Below are positions 15,266 to 16,880 of a DNA stretch of 16,880 nucleotides, one piece after another. The stretch spans positions 1 to 16,880 of the forward strand of contig CAVTNR010000006.1 in the NCBI GenBank assembly GCA_963736115.1, written 5' to 3'. How positions within the stretch are numbered: the first letter of the stretch is position 1; each line of letters opens with the position of its first letter. The position numbers were made by a program, and so were the translations under genes. The notes beneath the pieces were generated by a model. That model saw only the letters and a program-made list of their open reading frames with translations, was not told the origin of the DNA and did not search any database. The DNA is from an uncultured bacterium. Its GTDB lineage: Bacteria > Zhuqueibacterota > QNDG01 > DTFT01.

Positions 15266-15278
15266 CAAGTATTTGTTT
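15266..15278 (-). promoter_or_regulatory. IHF-like binding site
   Basis: AAACAA-ATAC-TTG versus WATCAA-N4-TTR (one mismatch), AT-rich, between the sigma54 promoter and candidate enhancers. Confidence 0.55.
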
Positions 15279-15325
15279 AAGATAGATTTGGAAATATCGA
15301 AGCGGCTTCGGGGAATTCGAATAGA

Positions 15326-15375
15326 GTTGCGAAATAGCTACTCTATATTCTTATAATGGTTGCGGATTCGCTACT
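15326..15375. promoter_or_regulatory. Two tandem palindromic candidate upstream activator sequences
   Basis: GTTGCGAAATAGCTACT (15326-15342) and GTTGCGGATTCGCTACT (15359-15375), 14/17 identical, starts 33 bp apart, each GTwGC-N6-GCwAC. Confidence 0.7.
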
Positions 15376-16804
15376 GTTGATGGCCCGACCGGCCGTCCTT
15401 CTCCGGCAGGGAAATGCCCAGCCGCTTCATCCGGCGAAAAAGCGTGGTCTTGTGTATGCCGAGTTTCTTCGCGGCCGCGGACCGGTTGAATCCGCTTTTC
15501 TCCAGCGCGGACCGGATGGATTGGGCGTCGAGCAGGTCATGACCGGATCGGAGCTCCGAACCGGCCCGCTGCGGGACGATCCGGAGCGTAAGGGCTTCGG
15601 GCAGATGCCCGATGCCGATCGCGCCTTCACGGCACAAAATGAAACTCCGCTCGATGACATTCTCCAGTTCCCGTATATTGCCCGGCCACGAATGGGCCAT
15701 GAGCAGGGATAGCGCCTCTGCCGAAATCCCCGTGACCGCCCTGCCCTGGAGCCGGTTGAACCGTTCGATAAACTGGTCGACCAGAAGGGGAATGTCCTCC
15801 TTCCGGCTGCGGAGGGGCGGCAGTTCAACGCGGATGACGTTGACCCGGTAATACAGGTCCTCGCGGAACGCCCCTTTCCGCGTCAATTCCGCGAGGTCCC
15901 GGTTCGTGGCGACCAAAACGCGGCCGTCCGCCGGCACCGGATGCGTCGAACCGAGCGGCTCAAATACCCGCTCCTGAAGAACGCGCAGGAGCTTCACCTG
16001 CAGGGGCGGGCTGATCTCGCCGATCTCGTCGAGAAAAATCGTGCCCCCCCGGGCTATGGCGAAACGGCCCGGCTTGTCCTTGGCCGCGCCCGTGAACGCG
16101 CCGGCCTTGTATCCAAACAGTTCGGATTCCAGAAGCGTCTCGGGAAATGCACCGCAATTCACCGCGACAAAGGGCCCCCGGCTCCGCGGGCTGAGGCTGT
16201 GCAGGGTCCTCGCCATGACTTCCTTGCCGGTTCCCGTCTCTCCGAGTATCAGGACCGTGCTGGGGCTCGCCGCGATCGCGGGGAGCACCTCGAACAGCTT
16301 GCGCATCAGGGGACTGCGGCTGACCAGTTCGCCGACGCGATGCCGCCCATCGAGCTCCCGGCGGAGGGCTTCCACATCGCTCAGGTCGCGGAAGGTCTCG
16401 GCGCCGCCGATGACGCGGCCGGCCGGATCGCGGAACACGGCCGTGGAAATGCTGATGGGAATGCGGGACCCGTCGGCCCGAATGATGAATCCGGCCTTGC
16501 CGATGACCGGCTTTCCCGTCTTCAGGGTCAGGCGGAGTCCGCATTCGCTCTCGCACATGCTCGACCGGAACACTTCGGAGCATCGCCGACCCATCGCGTC
16601 CTTCCGGTCGATGCCGGTGATGACCTCAGCGGCGCGGTTAAAGGAAGTGATGTGCCACTCGCGGTCCACGGTGAACACGCCGTCCGATATGCTCTCCAGA
16701 ACGGTGTCCGCCGGGAATGGGGCCGGACGTTTCCGGGAAATCCGCGGTTTTTTCGCGATCTTCGCGTTTTTCGTTTTTTTATCCAGAATAGTTTTCCTAG
16801 TCAA
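15371..16804 (-). CDS. orpR: sigma54-dependent activator (PAS-AAA+-Fis HTH), OrpR-like Fe-S redox sensor
   Basis: PAS with C-x8-C-x3-C (CSEVFRSSMCESEC), Walker A GETGTGKE, ESELFG..GAFTGA, FLDEIGE, WPGNIRELEN, C-terminal HTH 'AAKKLGIHKTTLFRRMK'; TTG start uncertain. Confidence 0.9.
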   Translation of the reverse strand: MTRKTILDKKTKNAKIAKKPRISRKRPAPFPADTVLESISDGVFTVDREWHITSFNRAAEVITGIDRKDAMGRRCSEVFRSSMCESECGLRLTLKTGKPVIGKAGFIIRADGSRIPISISTAVFRDPAGRVIGGAETFRDLSDVEALRRELDGRHRVGELVSRSPLMRKLFEVLPAIAASPSTVLILGETGTGKEVMARTLHSLSPRSRGPFVAVNCGAFPETLLESELFGYKAGAFTGAAKDKPGRFAIARGGTIFLDEIGEISPPLQVKLLRVLQERVFEPLGSTHPVPADGRVLVATNRDLAELTRKGAFREDLYYRVNVIRVELPPLRSRKEDIPLLVDQFIERFNRLQGRAVTGISAEALSLLMAHSWPGNIRELENVIERSFILCREGAIGIGHLPEALTLRIVPQRAGSELRSGHDLLDAQSIRSALEKSGFNRSAAAKKLGIHKTTLFRRMKRLGISLPEKDGRSGHQQ

Positions 16805-16880
16805 TCCCTGTGTGGATCCATTCGAAATGTGCGTTTAATCCGTGTTCCATTGACGGTCCGGAACCGGCTGTCTGAACGTG

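Noticed and set aside
16851-16880. TTGACG on the plus strand as a divergent promoter -35
   Set aside because: No convincing -10 at 16-18 nt spacing and the window ends
1-16880. CRISPR array, tRNA/rRNA, transposase or integrase
   Set aside because: No regularly spaced repeats, RNA gene signatures or recombinase ORFs seen

Overview
GC-rich bacterial chromosomal window with every real gene on the minus strand, in two transcription units. (1) 16804->3842: a PAS-AAA+-HTH sigma54 activator carrying the C-x8-C-x3-C motif of Desulfovibrio OrpR. It is followed by a sigma54 -24/-12 promoter with an IHF-like site and two tandem palindromic candidate enhancers. Downstream is a long, tightly coupled 'Orange protein' (ORP)-type Fe-S/metal-cofactor cluster: three NifB/NifX-family proteins, two DUF5320 proteins, two MinD-like 4Fe-4S ATPases, an IscU-like scaffold and Mrp/NBP35. 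The cluster also holds a pyruvoyl arginine decarboxylase, FmdB zinc ribbon, radical SAM, FGE-domain protein, methyltransferase, CGGC protein, HD protein, PaaI thioesterase, MBL hydrolase and a heavily deleted flavoprotein remnant. (2) 3750->151: a near-consensus sigma70 promoter drives a small His-rich membrane protein ending in an RGPP ribosome-arrest-type motif. It is followed by a ~210-nt structured spacer able to occlude the next Shine-Dalgarno, an outer-membrane barrel, a ZnuA-like binding protein and a ZnuB-like permease with no ATPase. The best candidate for an under-described system is this putative His-based metal-sensing arrest-peptide attenuator of a metal uptake operon. All family calls come from motif recognition by eye; no database searches or folding programs were run.
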